Shown here: positions 1-8,814 of the stretch, piece by piece
Position numbering within the stretch: position 1 is the first letter of the stretch
Layout of the letters: the number at the start of each line of letters is the position of its first letter
The notes under the pieces: generated by a model
Seen by the model: the letters and a program-made list of their open reading frames with translations, nothing else
Told to the model about the DNA's origin: nothing
The model's database searches: none
IMG/VR virus record: IMGVR_UViG_3300043313_001099
Location: 1-64,000 of that record
Reading direction: 5' to 3' (one strand)
DNA from: a virus
DNA length: 64,000 nt
Translations under genes and position numbers: made by a program

Positions 1-34
1 TGAGCACCGACCACGACCCGGACGGAGGTGCCCG

Positions 35-256
35 GTGAGCCTCCGCCCCCCGCACCAGCGCACGGTCGGCTGGTGCTCCGGACACGGCAAGGACCTGTAC
101 CCGACGCGCGCCGCCGCCAAGAAGTCGTTCAAGTCCCGTGGCGACAGCGGCCGACGCGCCTACCCCTGCGAGCTGGTACCCGGCCACTGGCACTACGGCC
201 GCCTCCCCCCGGCCGTCCGCTACGGGCTCAAGACCTGCGCCGAGGTGTACCAGTGA
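35..256 (+). CDS. Small putative Zn-binding phage protein
   Basis: WCxxHGKxxY...RAYPC...HWH pattern; GTGA overlap with the next gene. Confidence 0.6.
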   Translation: MSLRPPHQRTVGWCSGHGKDLYPTRAAAKKSFKSRGDSGRRAYPCELVPGHWHYGRLPPAVRYGLKTCAEVYQ

Positions 257-852
257 CCGCCGCCGACGACCCGCACGGGACGCGGGCAGCCTGGGATCTG
301 GTGGCCCGCGCCGTCGCCGGGGACAGTTCGGCGTGGGACCAGATGTACCGCGACTGGACCCCCGCCGTGCTGGCCGCCCTCCGGCGGCGCGGCCTCGCCT
401 CCCATGACGCGGAGGATCTCACCGCCGTGGCGTGGCTCCGCGCCCTGGAGCACTTCCCGAACCTCCAGCACACCGGCCACCCGCGAGGCTGGCTCGTCAC
501 GGTCGCCACCAACGCCGCCCGAGACAGGTTCAAATCCTCCTGGTTCCGGCAGGTCAGCCCGCGCGGGCTGGCGGCGGAGTGGGAGACCGACGAGGGGCAG
601 GCACGCACCTACGTCCGCCCCGACCCCCTCACCGTGGAGGACGAGGTGATGCGCCGCGCCGACCAGGCCGCCCTGCTCCACGCCCTGTGCACCCTCCCGT
701 CCCGGCATCGGGAGGTCCTGGTAGCCCGGACGTTCCGAGGCATGTCCTGCTCGGCCGTGGCCGCCGCCACCGGCAGCACCGTCCGCGCCGTCGAGGGGCT
801 GTCCGCCACTGCCCGGCAGCAGCTCCGCCCCCTCCTGGAGGCGAGCCGCTGA
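253..852 (+). CDS. ECF sigma-70 family sigma factor, BldN-like (start re-assigned to GTG 253)
   Basis: LVARAVAGD, DAEDL..AWLRAL and GWLVTVATNAARDRFKSSWFR (region 2); LP..HREVL..R.F.GMS...VA (region 4). Confidence 0.85.
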   Translation: MTAADDPHGTRAAWDLVARAVAGDSSAWDQMYRDWTPAVLAALRRRGLASHDAEDLTAVAWLRALEHFPNLQHTGHPRGWLVTVATNAARDRFKSSWFRQVSPRGLAAEWETDEGQARTYVRPDPLTVEDEVMRRADQAALLHALCTLPSRHREVLVARTFRGMSCSAVAAATGSTVRAVEGLSATARQQLRPLLEASR

Positions 853-1364
853 TGCCCAGACCAGCCATGGACCTGCACCCCGACGACGAGGCCGCACGCC
901 ACGAGCACCGCGACCGGATCGTCCGCCTCCGCTATGACGCCGGCTGGTCCTCCGGCTACCTCGCCCGCCACCTCGGCCTCGTCCGCGAGACCGTGACCAG
1001 TTTCGAGACGTACCCCTCGGCCAACTCGGAGATCAGCCGGTACGACCGGCACGCCGCCCCGTTCGGCTTCCGCACCTACCTGGAGACCGAGGGACTCGAC
1101 GGGTACGGGGAGACCCCGTACTCCGCCGTCATGGACGCCGCCGGAGACATCGGCGCGGCCGAGGTCGCCCGACTCCACGCCTACCGGCTCCACGCCGGCC
1201 TGGCACGCCTGGACGTGGCCCGGCTACTCGGCGTCCACCCCTCTGTGCTGCTCAAGCTGGAGGAGCATCGGAGCCCGCCCAAACTGGCCTCTGTACAGCG
1301 CCTGGCCCGCATCCTCGGCGGTAGGCTCGCCATCACCCTGATCCCCCTGGAGGAGGAGCTCTAA
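852..1364 (+). CDS. Protein with two XRE-type HTH domains (start ATG 852)
   Basis: RLRYDAGWSSGYLARHLGLVRETVTSFE and AYRLHAGLARLDVARLLGVHPSVLLKLE; TGATG coupling to the sigma gene. Confidence 0.75.
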   Translation: MPRPAMDLHPDDEAARHEHRDRIVRLRYDAGWSSGYLARHLGLVRETVTSFETYPSANSEISRYDRHAAPFGFRTYLETEGLDGYGETPYSAVMDAAGDIGAAEVARLHAYRLHAGLARLDVARLLGVHPSVLLKLEEHRSPPKLASVQRLARILGGRLAITLIPLEEEL

Positions 1365-1729
1365 CGCCCCTGCTCGGCCGCCCGGAGTTCGGCCGCTCTC
1401 GCCAGGTTGCGCACGCGCAGCTCCGCGAGGGCGGCCGTCCTGGCGTCCGGGGGGAGCTGCATGATGCGCCCGAGTTCGTCCACATCAGCCGGCCGGTACC
1501 GGCGGTACCCGGACGGCAGGACCTTCGCCGGCACCAGGTACGCCTTGCCGTCCCACCGCCGCACTGTGGACGGGGCAACGCCCAGCCTCTCGGCCGCCTC
1601 ATGGGGCAGCAGGAGATCAGCCTCGGACAACGGTCCCCCAGGTTGCGCAAGTCGGTCAGGTCGACCGAGCGTACAGACAGCCTCGGAACGATCATCGTCG
1701 GCACGCGGTGCGAGGGTGGGGGCGCTCAT
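1361..1729 (-). CDS. MerR/BldC/Xis-like winged-HTH DNA-binding protein, candidate transfer repressor
   Basis: LLLPHEAAERLGVAPSTVRRWD...LPSGYRRYRPADV; divergent from the transfer operon. Confidence 0.8.
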   Translation of the reverse strand: MSAPTLAPRADDDRSEAVCTLGRPDRLAQPGGPLSEADLLLPHEAAERLGVAPSTVRRWDGKAYLVPAKVLPSGYRRYRPADVDELGRIMQLPPDARTAALAELRVRNLARAAELRAAEQGR

Positions 1730-1736
1730 GATTCCG

Positions 1737-1788
1737 ACACTGCGGCAAGTCGCGCAAACTTGTCAAGTCGCGCAGCGTCGTGCACACT
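1737..1788. promoter_or_regulatory. Overlapping divergent leaderless promoters with an 11-bp direct-repeat operator
   Basis: +: TTGTCA(1760)-N17-CACACT(1783), 7 nt before ATG 1796. -: TTGACA(1766)-N18-CAGTGT, 7 nt before ATG 1729. CAAGTCGCGCA at 1746 and 1764. Confidence 0.65.
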
Positions 1789-1795
1789 GACCGTC

Positions 1796-3289
1796 ATGAG
1801 TGGACAGACCCCGCAGACCTCCGTCGCGGTGCCCGACGCCCCTCCGGTGCTCGACCCCTCCACCCCTCCGGAGGGGTGGGCAGGAGACCTCGGCGCGCCG
1901 CGCCACGCTGCCACCCCCCAGACCTCCGAGGGCACCGACTACGTGACGACTCTCGTCCAGGGAGGAGTAGACCTCACCAAGCTCGGAGGGGCGCGGGTGA
2001 CACGCCGCGCCGTGGAGGGGGACCTCAGGCGGCGCGAGCGCCTCGCTGAGGTCCAGGCCGCTGACACTGCGCGCCGCCTCAAGGCCGAGCGCCGAGCAGC
2101 CCTCCGCGCCGAGCGCCGCGCCGCCCGCCAGGCCCGCGCCGACGCCCGCGCGGAGTGGGTCCGCGACCGCCTTGCCTCCGCCTCCCACAACTTCGCCGGC
2201 CTCGTCTCCTCCGGCATCTACACCGCTGCCCTGTCCGTGGCCGTGACCGGGCAGGCCACGATCGCCACCACCCGACACTGGCCGCTCGTGTTCGGCATCG
2301 GCATGGCCGTGTTCATCGAGGGCATGGCCGTCAGCATGGCGCTCACCGCCCACCAGCTCCGCCTGCGCGGCGAGCGCGCCCTCATCCCCCGCGCCCTGAC
2401 GTGGGTATTCGCCGGCCTGGCTGCCTTCATCAACTACGTCGCCCACTACCAGCAGGACCGAGTGCTGGCGTACGCCCTCGGCATGTCCAGCGTGGCCGCG
2501 ATCACTCTGTTCGAGATCCGGAGCGGTGCCCGCAACCGGCCCGCCCTGCGTGAGGCCGGGATGATCCCCGACCCGCCCGAGCAGTTCGGCTGGCGACGCT
2601 GGCTCCGGCACCCACTGGAGACCTTGGGCGCGTGGTCCGTGGACGTGCGTACCCGGGTCAGCCCGCGCGGTGCCGCCCTCCTCGCCAACGCCGAGGCCCG
2701 CCGGAGCTACCGCCGGGAAATCCGCGAGCACCGCCGCCTGGTGACCGCCGCCCGCCGCGCCGTCATCGTGGCCGCCGCCCGCCGCCCCGGCGCGGGTGTG
2801 GTCGAGCAGATCCGGGTGGCCACGGCAGCCCTCACGGCGGAGACCCCCGCCCCTCCGGCCCTCCCTGAGATTCCCGCCCGCCCGAGGGGTGGGGCACGCC
2901 CCTCCGGCCGCCAGGCCCCCCGCCCCCCGGCGCGCCTGGAGGTCACCCCTCCACCGGCAGCCCCTCCGGCGCTACCCCCCGCCCCTCCGGCCCCCAGCCG
3001 GGAGACCTCAGCCCTTCGGCCGCCGGAGGTCCCCGCCCTCCCGAACAAGCCCTCCGGGTCGGAGGTCTTGCCACCCCCCGGCCTGCATGTCGTCCGGGAG
3101 GGGGACCGCCCCATCCAGGCGAGGTCCATTGCGGACTACGCGACAGCAGTGATCGACAGGGCCGGCACCGACCCGACGTGGGGCCAGGTGAACGCCGCAC
3201 TGATCGCGCTGTTCCCCGAGCTGAAGCACGTCAAGTCCCGCACCGACCGGGTACTGGCCGAGGTCCGCCGCCGGAGGGATGCCGCATGA
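1796..3289 (+). CDS. DUF2637/SpdB-like membrane spread protein with coiled coil, about 4 TM helices and Pro-rich tail (start ATG 1796)
   Basis: Hydrophobic block followed by FGWRRWLRHPLETLGAW motif; first gene of the TraB operon. Confidence 0.7.
   Translation: MSGQTPQTSVAVPDAPPVLDPSTPPEGWAGDLGAPRHAATPQTSEGTDYVTTLVQGGVDLTKLGGARVTRRAVEGDLRRRERLAEVQAADTARRLKAERRAALRAERRAARQARADARAEWVRDRLASASHNFAGLVSSGIYTAALSVAVTGQATIATTRHWPLVFGIGMAVFIEGMAVSMALTAHQLRLRGERALIPRALTWVFAGLAAFINYVAHYQQDRVLAYALGMSSVAAITLFEIRSGARNRPALREAGMIPDPPEQFGWRRWLRHPLETLGAWSVDVRTRVSPRGAALLANAEARRSYRREIREHRRLVTAARRAVIVAAARRPGAGVVEQIRVATAALTAETPAPPALPEIPARPRGGARPSGRQAPRPPARLEVTPPPAAPPALPPAPPAPSRETSALRPPEVPALPNKPSGSEVLPPPGLHVVREGDRPIQARSIADYATAVIDRAGTDPTWGQVNAALIALFPELKHVKSRTDRVLAEVRRRRDAA
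2851..3057 (+). repeat. Cluster of CCCTCCGG octamer direct repeats (candidate clt / TraB recognition sites)
   Basis: Exact copies at 2851, 2900, 2962, 2983, 3050 (also 1840, 1864); variants at 2859, 2923, 2947, 3012, 3036. Confidence 0.5.
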
Positions 3290-3606
3290 CCGCCCTCCGC
3301 CGCCGGGTCCGCCTGTTCGAGGGTAAGCCCGACCTCCGCATCCACCCCGGCCTCCGCCCCCTCCCGGGGGACCGGCTCCGCCTGGAGCTCGACCGCAACG
3401 TGGACGAGACCAAGCCGACCGCCCTCCGCACCCTCCTGGAAGATCTCGTCCTCATCTACCGCACCGACAAGCTGAGCCGGCCGGACCTCCGCGTCGACCT
3501 CGACCGCTGGTCCCTCGTCGTGCACGTCCTCACCAACGCCAACGCCCCGGGCCGCATCCTGGCCCGCTGCATCATCCGCTCCGGCACCACCAAGGTCATC
3601 CGATGA
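3286..3606 (+). CDS. Hypothetical transfer-operon protein (start ATG 3286)
   Basis: ATGA coupling at both ends; typical high-GC codon usage. Confidence 0.65.
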   Translation: MTALRRRVRLFEGKPDLRIHPGLRPLPGDRLRLELDRNVDETKPTALRTLLEDLVLIYRTDKLSRPDLRVDLDRWSLVVHVLTNANAPGRILARCIIRSGTTKVIR

Positions 3607-3824
3607 TGCGCCGGGCGGAGCGCAGGAGACTGCGAATCAGCACCTACTGGCAGAAGCGCGTCAACGCCGCGAAGGAGGGGAGCCCGGAGTCACAGGCACA
3701 CGCCGAGTGGGACCGGCTCCGGGCAACGATCGTGGCCCTACCTGAAGAAGATCAACAGAAAGCCTGGACCACCACAGCGAAAGCCCTGGCCGAGACATAC
3801 GGCTGGATCGCACAAGGCGGCTGA
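3603..3824 (+). CDS. Hypothetical protein
   Basis: Coupled to the upstream gene; helical 73-aa product. Confidence 0.6.
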   Translation: MMRRAERRRLRISTYWQKRVNAAKEGSPESQAHAEWDRLRATIVALPEEDQQKAWTTTAKALAETYGWIAQGG

Positions 3825-3830
3825 GCAGCC

Positions 3831-3935
3831 AAATCACAAATCACAGTCACAACCGACCGGAGCCCATCCCCCGACAACCGACGCCCTACGCGCCAGCCGC
3901 GCGCACGCACGCGCGCACCCGTGCGCGCACGCGCG
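3831..3935 (+). repeat. Intergenic repeats: AAATCAC x2 plus AGTCAC, and GCGCGCAC x3 at 12-bp spacing
   Basis: Read directly: 3831-3850; GCGCGCAC at 3899, 3911, 3923. Confidence 0.55.
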
Positions 3936-3965
3936 AGACGCCAAGTGTAACTGGAGGTACCCCGC

Positions 3966-4424
3966 ATGTCCCTGTCACACGGTCACTGGATCGGCCCCGC
4001 CGTGTCGCTCACGGCCGGAGTCATCTGCCTCGTGCTCGCCGTACTCATCCGCACAACGGGGGAGGACCACTCCCCGCGCGCCGTGGTCGTCCTCCTCCTC
4101 ACCGGAGTGACCGGATTGCTGGGCACCCCGGTTGGCCACTGGATCCACGACGGCGTAAACAAGGGCAACCACGCCCTGTCCGAGGTCATCAGCCCCGTAG
4201 TCGGCCCGGTCACGCTGAGCGTGCTGGCCTTCGTTCCGGCCTACATCGTCGGCATCCACTGGCACCGGCACCGGATCAACGATCGGACGTACGTGGCAGC
4301 GATCAGCCTCCCGTTCCTGGTGACCCTCATTCCCGGCTGGGTCGGGGCGATCCTCACCCTGGCCGTGTTCGGCCCCGCCGACCTCCTCGGCTGGGCCGTC
4401 GTCACCCTGTTCAACCTGCACTGA
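3966..4424 (+). CDS. Integral membrane protein, Spd-like
   Basis: GGAGG RBS; about 4 hydrophobic helices; transfer-operon context. Confidence 0.7.
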   Translation: MSLSHGHWIGPAVSLTAGVICLVLAVLIRTTGEDHSPRAVVVLLLTGVTGLLGTPVGHWIHDGVNKGNHALSEVISPVVGPVTLSVLAFVPAYIVGIHWHRHRINDRTYVAAISLPFLVTLIPGWVGAILTLAVFGPADLLGWAVVTLFNLH

Positions 4425-4453
4425 CCCAACCACCGAAAGGGGGAGAGACCCCG

Positions 4454-5329
4454 ATGGAGTTCCTGATCTTCGGCCTGTGCCTGTGCCTGGCCATCGCCGC
4501 CGACCGCGCCGTCCACAAGGCCGTGGACCACGTACGCGGCGAGTACCGAGCCCGCAAGGAGCGGTACCTGGCCCGGGGAGACAACCACCCGCACCGCGTC
4601 GCCAGCGCACTGGGAGCGTTTGCCCGGGGCGTACCCGGCGCAGCCAGTGCGGTCCGCACCGGCTGGAGTGAGGGATGGGCGGAGGGCCGGCAGCGCTACG
4701 AGAACCGGGGCGCGCCGGCCAAGGAGGAGGCCCCGGCCCCTCGCCGCCGGCCACGCCCATCGCCCGCCGCCGAGCCGGCCCCGGCTCCGGCCCCGGCTCC
4801 GACCCCGGCTCCTGCGCCGCCATCCGAGCAGCCCGCCGCCGCGCCGGCACCGACGCCGGCACCGCCTACCCCCAAGCCGGCACCGCCGGTCACCATCCTG
4901 CCCGTCCACGCGCCGCACCTGCGGCTCGTGCCCAACACCGGAGGAGACAGCATGTCCATCGAGATCAACACCGTTGCCGATGTCCGCAGGGCCGTGCACG
5001 CCCACCGTGACCGCGCCACCGGCGAGCTGGAGGCCGCACAGACCGCGCTGACCCGCGCAACGGCGGACAACGCCGCAGCCATCAGCCTCCAGGAGCAGGC
5101 CAAGACGGTCCTGGACAAGGACGCCAACGCCCGCGCCGCCCTCGCCTCCCTGACGGAGGCCACGACCTCCGACATGCGGTACTGCGCCGCCAAGGTCACC
5201 GCCGCCGAGGCCAAGCTCGCCTCTTGCAACGCCGCCCTGGCCGCCCTGGCCCGCCACACCGCCCTGGAGGAGGGCGTCGCCTCCACCCCGGAGGCGTCCA
5301 GCCAGACCTCCGCCTACGCGCCGCAGTAA
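4454..5329 (+). CDS. Transfer accessory protein (N-terminal TM, Pro/Ala linker, C-terminal coiled coil)
   Basis: Purine-rich RBS; immediately upstream of traB. Confidence 0.65.
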   Translation: MEFLIFGLCLCLAIAADRAVHKAVDHVRGEYRARKERYLARGDNHPHRVASALGAFARGVPGAASAVRTGWSEGWAEGRQRYENRGAPAKEEAPAPRRRPRPSPAAEPAPAPAPAPTPAPAPPSEQPAAAPAPTPAPPTPKPAPPVTILPVHAPHLRLVPNTGGDSMSIEINTVADVRRAVHAHRDRATGELEAAQTALTRATADNAAAISLQEQAKTVLDKDANARAALASLTEATTSDMRYCAAKVTAAEAKLASCNAALAALARHTALEEGVASTPEASSQTSAYAPQ

Positions 5330-5409
5330 CCGGCCGCCGGCCGGGCGGCACGCACCGCTGCCCGGCCGGCCCACCAGCTCCACCGCTCCATCCCGATAGG
5401 AGAAGCCGC

Positions 5410-7485
5410 ATGTCCCGCTGGTCCCTGACCCGCACCAGTCTCCCCGGGCCTGGTACCGCGCCGTGGCACAAGCCCTCCCTCAGTCGGCGCGCCCGGCGCG
5501 CCGCCCGCCGCGCCGGCTGGAAGGTCACCCGCTGGTCCGTCCGCAAGGGCTGGAAGCACCGCGCCCGCCTCGCCCCCCTCTACTTCGCCGCCGTCCTCGG
5601 CGCAGCGTCCGAGGTGTGCCACCTGATCGGCAACGGCGGACGCACCATGCTCACCTTCGGACTCCTCGCCGGCCTGGCCGTGGCCGGCTGGCTGTGGCTC
5701 CGCATGAACCCGACCAAGCTGACCTGGCTTCCCCGCCGACACCGCCGCCCAAGCCGCACCCGCCTCATCAAGGCGGGCGCACTGTGGGCCGCAGCAACCA
5801 GCTACGCCACCCTCGCCGGCTGGGCCGGAATCGGCATCAGTAACCGCACCCTCGGCACCCTGATCTTCGGATCGATCGTCCTCGGCAGCGTCTACTGGTG
5901 GGACCGCCGCATCCGCCCCGTGCCCGTCATCGAGGAGCCCGCCGCGCCGGCCGTGGATGAGCGCCTGGCCGACTGGGACGAGTTCGTGGCGGCCGCGGGC
6001 AAGCTGGCCCCCGGGTCCACCCTCTCCGACCTGACCCCTATCGCGGACCCGCAGGACCCGGCCAAGGAAATCGGCTGGCAGGGCAGCGTGCTGGCCCGCA
6101 AGGGCTCCGCGTTCTCCGAGGTCACCGCGACCGGCAACCTGGAAAAGGTTGCCGGGGTGTGGGGCCGCACCCTGGCCGACGTGTCCCTGGTGCCCACGCC
6201 CGGCGAGTTCGGAGGCACCCGCGCCGGCCGCCTCCGCGTCTACACCGACAACCCGCTCCGCCGCGTCGTGGAATGGCCCGGCCCCGACCTCGACACCCTG
6301 GACGCCACGGGCGCTCTCCCCCTGGTGGTGCGCGGCTCCGGCGAGTTCGGCCTGTACCGCTTCCTGACTCCCGGCTCCGGCGCGACCCACTCCCTCATCT
6401 CCGGCGCGACCGGCTCCGGCAAGAGCTCCGCTATCAACGCCCTCCTCGACGCGGAAAAGCAGATCCAGTGGGCGTCGTCCGTGGTGATCGACCCGCAGCG
6501 CGGCCAGTCCCTCCCCGCCTGGCAGGACCAGGTATCCGTCTACGGCCGGACCGTCGATGAGGGCATGGACATCCTCAAGGTCATGCACGCGAGAATGCTC
6601 CAGCGGAACGAGGAGCTCTCCAGCTTGGAGTGGGACCACCCAACCGCCGGCCGGGTACGCGGCATCGGCTTCTTCGACCCCCGCGTCTACCCGATCCGTG
6701 ACCTGAACATGCCGCTGCTCTCCCTCACCATCGAGGAGGCGCACGCCCTGTTCGCGGCGTGGCCGGAGTCCGTGGGCCTGGTGCTTGAGATGGCGCTGAT
6801 GGGGCGCAAGTGCGGCATCAAGCTGCGCATCATCACCCAGGTCCCGCTGCTCAGCCAGCTCGGTGACTCCACCCCGCTCCGTGACTCCCTCGTCTCCGGC
6901 AACGTCCTGATCTTCCGCACCGGCAACCGGCTGACCAAGCAGGTCGCGTTGCCGGACGGCTTCTCCGTCGACCCCTTCAGCTTGCCCCGGGAATGGCCGG
7001 ACGGCTCCACCACCGCCGGCCTCTGCTACCTGATGGGTCCGGGTGCCACCGAGGAGCCGGCGCGCGCCATGTACCTCACCGATCCGTATGTGGTTGCCCG
7101 CGCCGGCACCATCACCCATGACCTGGTGTTCCCCGCCGCGCTGGCCGCCTACCGGAAGCGCCGCGAGGAGGAGGAGGAGCTCCTCCGCGCCGCCGAGGCC
7201 CAGCAGACGGCACAGAGCCAGCAGGCGCAGCCGGCGGAGGCCGCACAGGGCAAGGCCATCGACCGGGTGGAGGCGTACATCAACAAGGTCCGCCGGCCCG
7301 TCATCAACACCGTGATCGCGGAGGCCCTCGGCATCAAGGTCGGCACGGTCAACGAGTCCTGCCGCCGCCTGTTGCAGGCCGGCCGGATCTCCAGGGTGGA
7401 GGACCGGCCCGGCATGTGGACCTCCACCAGCTACGACCCGGCCGAGACGGACTCGGCCGAGGACGCCCACGAGATCGCCGCGTAA
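5410..7485 (+). CDS. traB: TraB-type FtsK/SpoIIIE conjugative DNA translocase (start ATG 5410)
   Basis: N-terminal TM helices, Walker A GATGSGKS, Walker B LTIEEAH, GRKCGI and ITQ motifs, C-terminal wHTH (IAEALGIKVGTVNESCRRLLQAGRI). Confidence 0.9.
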   Translation: MSRWSLTRTSLPGPGTAPWHKPSLSRRARRAARRAGWKVTRWSVRKGWKHRARLAPLYFAAVLGAASEVCHLIGNGGRTMLTFGLLAGLAVAGWLWLRMNPTKLTWLPRRHRRPSRTRLIKAGALWAAATSYATLAGWAGIGISNRTLGTLIFGSIVLGSVYWWDRRIRPVPVIEEPAAPAVDERLADWDEFVAAAGKLAPGSTLSDLTPIADPQDPAKEIGWQGSVLARKGSAFSEVTATGNLEKVAGVWGRTLADVSLVPTPGEFGGTRAGRLRVYTDNPLRRVVEWPGPDLDTLDATGALPLVVRGSGEFGLYRFLTPGSGATHSLISGATGSGKSSAINALLDAEKQIQWASSVVIDPQRGQSLPAWQDQVSVYGRTVDEGMDILKVMHARMLQRNEELSSLEWDHPTAGRVRGIGFFDPRVYPIRDLNMPLLSLTIEEAHALFAAWPESVGLVLEMALMGRKCGIKLRIITQVPLLSQLGDSTPLRDSLVSGNVLIFRTGNRLTKQVALPDGFSVDPFSLPREWPDGSTTAGLCYLMGPGATEEPARAMYLTDPYVVARAGTITHDLVFPAALAAYRKRREEEEELLRAAEAQQTAQSQQAQPAEAAQGKAIDRVEAYINKVRRPVINTVIAEALGIKVGTVNESCRRLLQAGRISRVEDRPGMWTSTSYDPAETDSAEDAHEIAA

Positions 7486-7495
7486 GGAGAACGCC

Positions 7496-8011
7496 GTGAG
7501 TCTGCCTAGCAAGATCGTCGTCGGGTTCGTTGGGGTGAGCGTGGGCGTCTCCCTGCTCGGCCACTCCGATACCGCACATCATGCCGGCGCGGGAGCGGCC
7601 CACCTTGCGGCCGGCATGGTCCTGACCGCCGCCGTTGGGGCGCTGGGTGGAGTCCCCGCCTGGCTGTACGTCCGAGACCGGAATGACCGGCTCTATGCGC
7701 GGGAGCGCGCCGAACTGGACGCCCGGGTGCGTGATATCCGCGCCCGCGCCGAGCGGGCGGACCGGCTACCGACTGCTGGCTACGACCCGGCCGAGCCGCG
7801 TACCCCCTGGTACTGCACTCTCAAGGCGCTCCTACCGTCCGGGGAGGCCATGAAGCTGCACGGAGGCGTGGTCGAAGCACCGGAGTCGCTGGACCGGCTG
7901 GCGGTGCAGGCCGCCGTGGTAGATGCGTTCGAGAGCGCCTACGGCCGGCCGGAGGGGGTGGCGTACACCTGCCACGCGACGCCGTTCGTGGGGGACCGCA
8001 TGGCGGTGTAG
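7496..8011 (+). CDS. Membrane-anchored hypothetical protein
   Basis: AAGGAG RBS; two N-terminal hydrophobic segments. Confidence 0.6.
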   Translation: MSLPSKIVVGFVGVSVGVSLLGHSDTAHHAGAGAAHLAAGMVLTAAVGALGGVPAWLYVRDRNDRLYARERAELDARVRDIRARAERADRLPTAGYDPAEPRTPWYCTLKALLPSGEAMKLHGGVVEAPESLDRLAVQAAVVDAFESAYGRPEGVAYTCHATPFVGDRMAV

Positions 8012-8023
8012 CCCTCCCCTCTA

Positions 8024-8064
8024 TTGACACGAGGTTGACCGAGAGGTAATCTGGTGTCAGTAAG
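8024..8064 (+). promoter_or_regulatory. Repeat promoter P1
   Basis: TTGACA cgaggttgaccgagagg TAATCT ggtgtca GTAAG. Confidence 0.85.
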
Positions 8065-8090
8065 TCACCCCCGACACAAGGGAGCACGCA

Positions 8091-8357
8091 ATGCCCGAGC
8101 TCAACGCCATGGAGATCCTCACCCGGAAGTTCCGCGACAACGACGGGATCACCCTCGCGCTCAGCGGCGTAGAGCAGCACTACCTCGTGATGGAGCTCGG
8201 CGGCGCACTGGAGAGCCTGTTCGGCGACGACGACACGTACACCCGAAAGCTCACCGGCCCCGCCCGCGACGAGGCCCAGTTTCTCGCCGGCCTCCTGACC
8301 CGACTCCTGGATGCTGCCGACGCGGCCTCCGACGAGCCGGACGAGATGCGCGTCTGA
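8091..8357 (+). CDS. Small acidic hypothetical protein
   Basis: Downstream of P1 with GGGAG RBS. Confidence 0.7.
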   Translation: MPELNAMEILTRKFRDNDGITLALSGVEQHYLVMELGGALESLFGDDDTYTRKLTGPARDEAQFLAGLLTRLLDAADAASDEPDEMRV

Positions 8358-8370
8358 TCCCCCGCCCGGT

Positions 8371-8404
8371 CGCCGCGCCCCTACTCCCGCCGAGGGGCGG
8401 GGCG
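8371..8404 (+). terminator. GC-rich hairpin between the P1 and P2 cassettes
   Basis: cgccgcgcccct ... aggggcggggcg (one mismatch). Confidence 0.5.
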
Positions 8405-8430
8405 CAGTGCAGATTCGCCAGTCTCCCCTA

Positions 8431-8459
8431 TTGACACGAGGTTAGCCGGGAGGTAACTT
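8431..8459 (+). promoter_or_regulatory. Repeat promoter P2 (leaderless, ATG 8467)
   Basis: TTGACA cgaggttagccgggagg TAACTT, then 7 nt to ATG. Confidence 0.85.
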
Positions 8460-8466
8460 AATGGGT

Positions 8467-8814
8467 ATGACATCCCCCGCCGCCACCGCCCACGCCACCC
8501 TCCTCCAGATGGTCGAGGCCACCGACACCGCCACGGCGCTCGCCCTGGCCGAGACACTGCGCGGCGCGACGCTCATCGCCGCCGAGGCGCTCATCGGCAG
8601 TGCGGTCGGCGGCCGAGTGTCCAGCCGCCGCCGGCACATCGCCAACTGGACCATCCTGAACGCCCTCAACTCCGCCGCCCTCCGGTTCTCCACCGCCGGA
8701 TGGGGCAGGTACATGGACGCGGCGGAGGCGGCGCACCGCACCGCCGACGCGGCCGAGTTCCTGGCCGGCCACCGGGCAACCCGCCGCGCCCTCCTGAACG
8801 GGGCGCAGGCATGA
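8467..8814 (+). CDS. Hypothetical protein
   Basis: Leaderless from P2; ATGA overlap with the next gene. Confidence 0.65.
   Translation: MTSPAATAHATLLQMVEATDTATALALAETLRGATLIAAEALIGSAVGGRVSSRRRHIANWTILNALNSAALRFSTAGWGRYMDAAEAAHRTADAAEFLAGHRATRRALLNGAQA

Noticed and set aside
14-21. GACCCGGA matching a known TraB recognition octamer
   Set aside because: Single isolated copy; expected by chance in high-GC DNA
4779-4814. 12-bp CCCCGGCTCCG-type tandem repeats
   Set aside because: In a single codon phase and fully explained by the PAPAPA linker they encode
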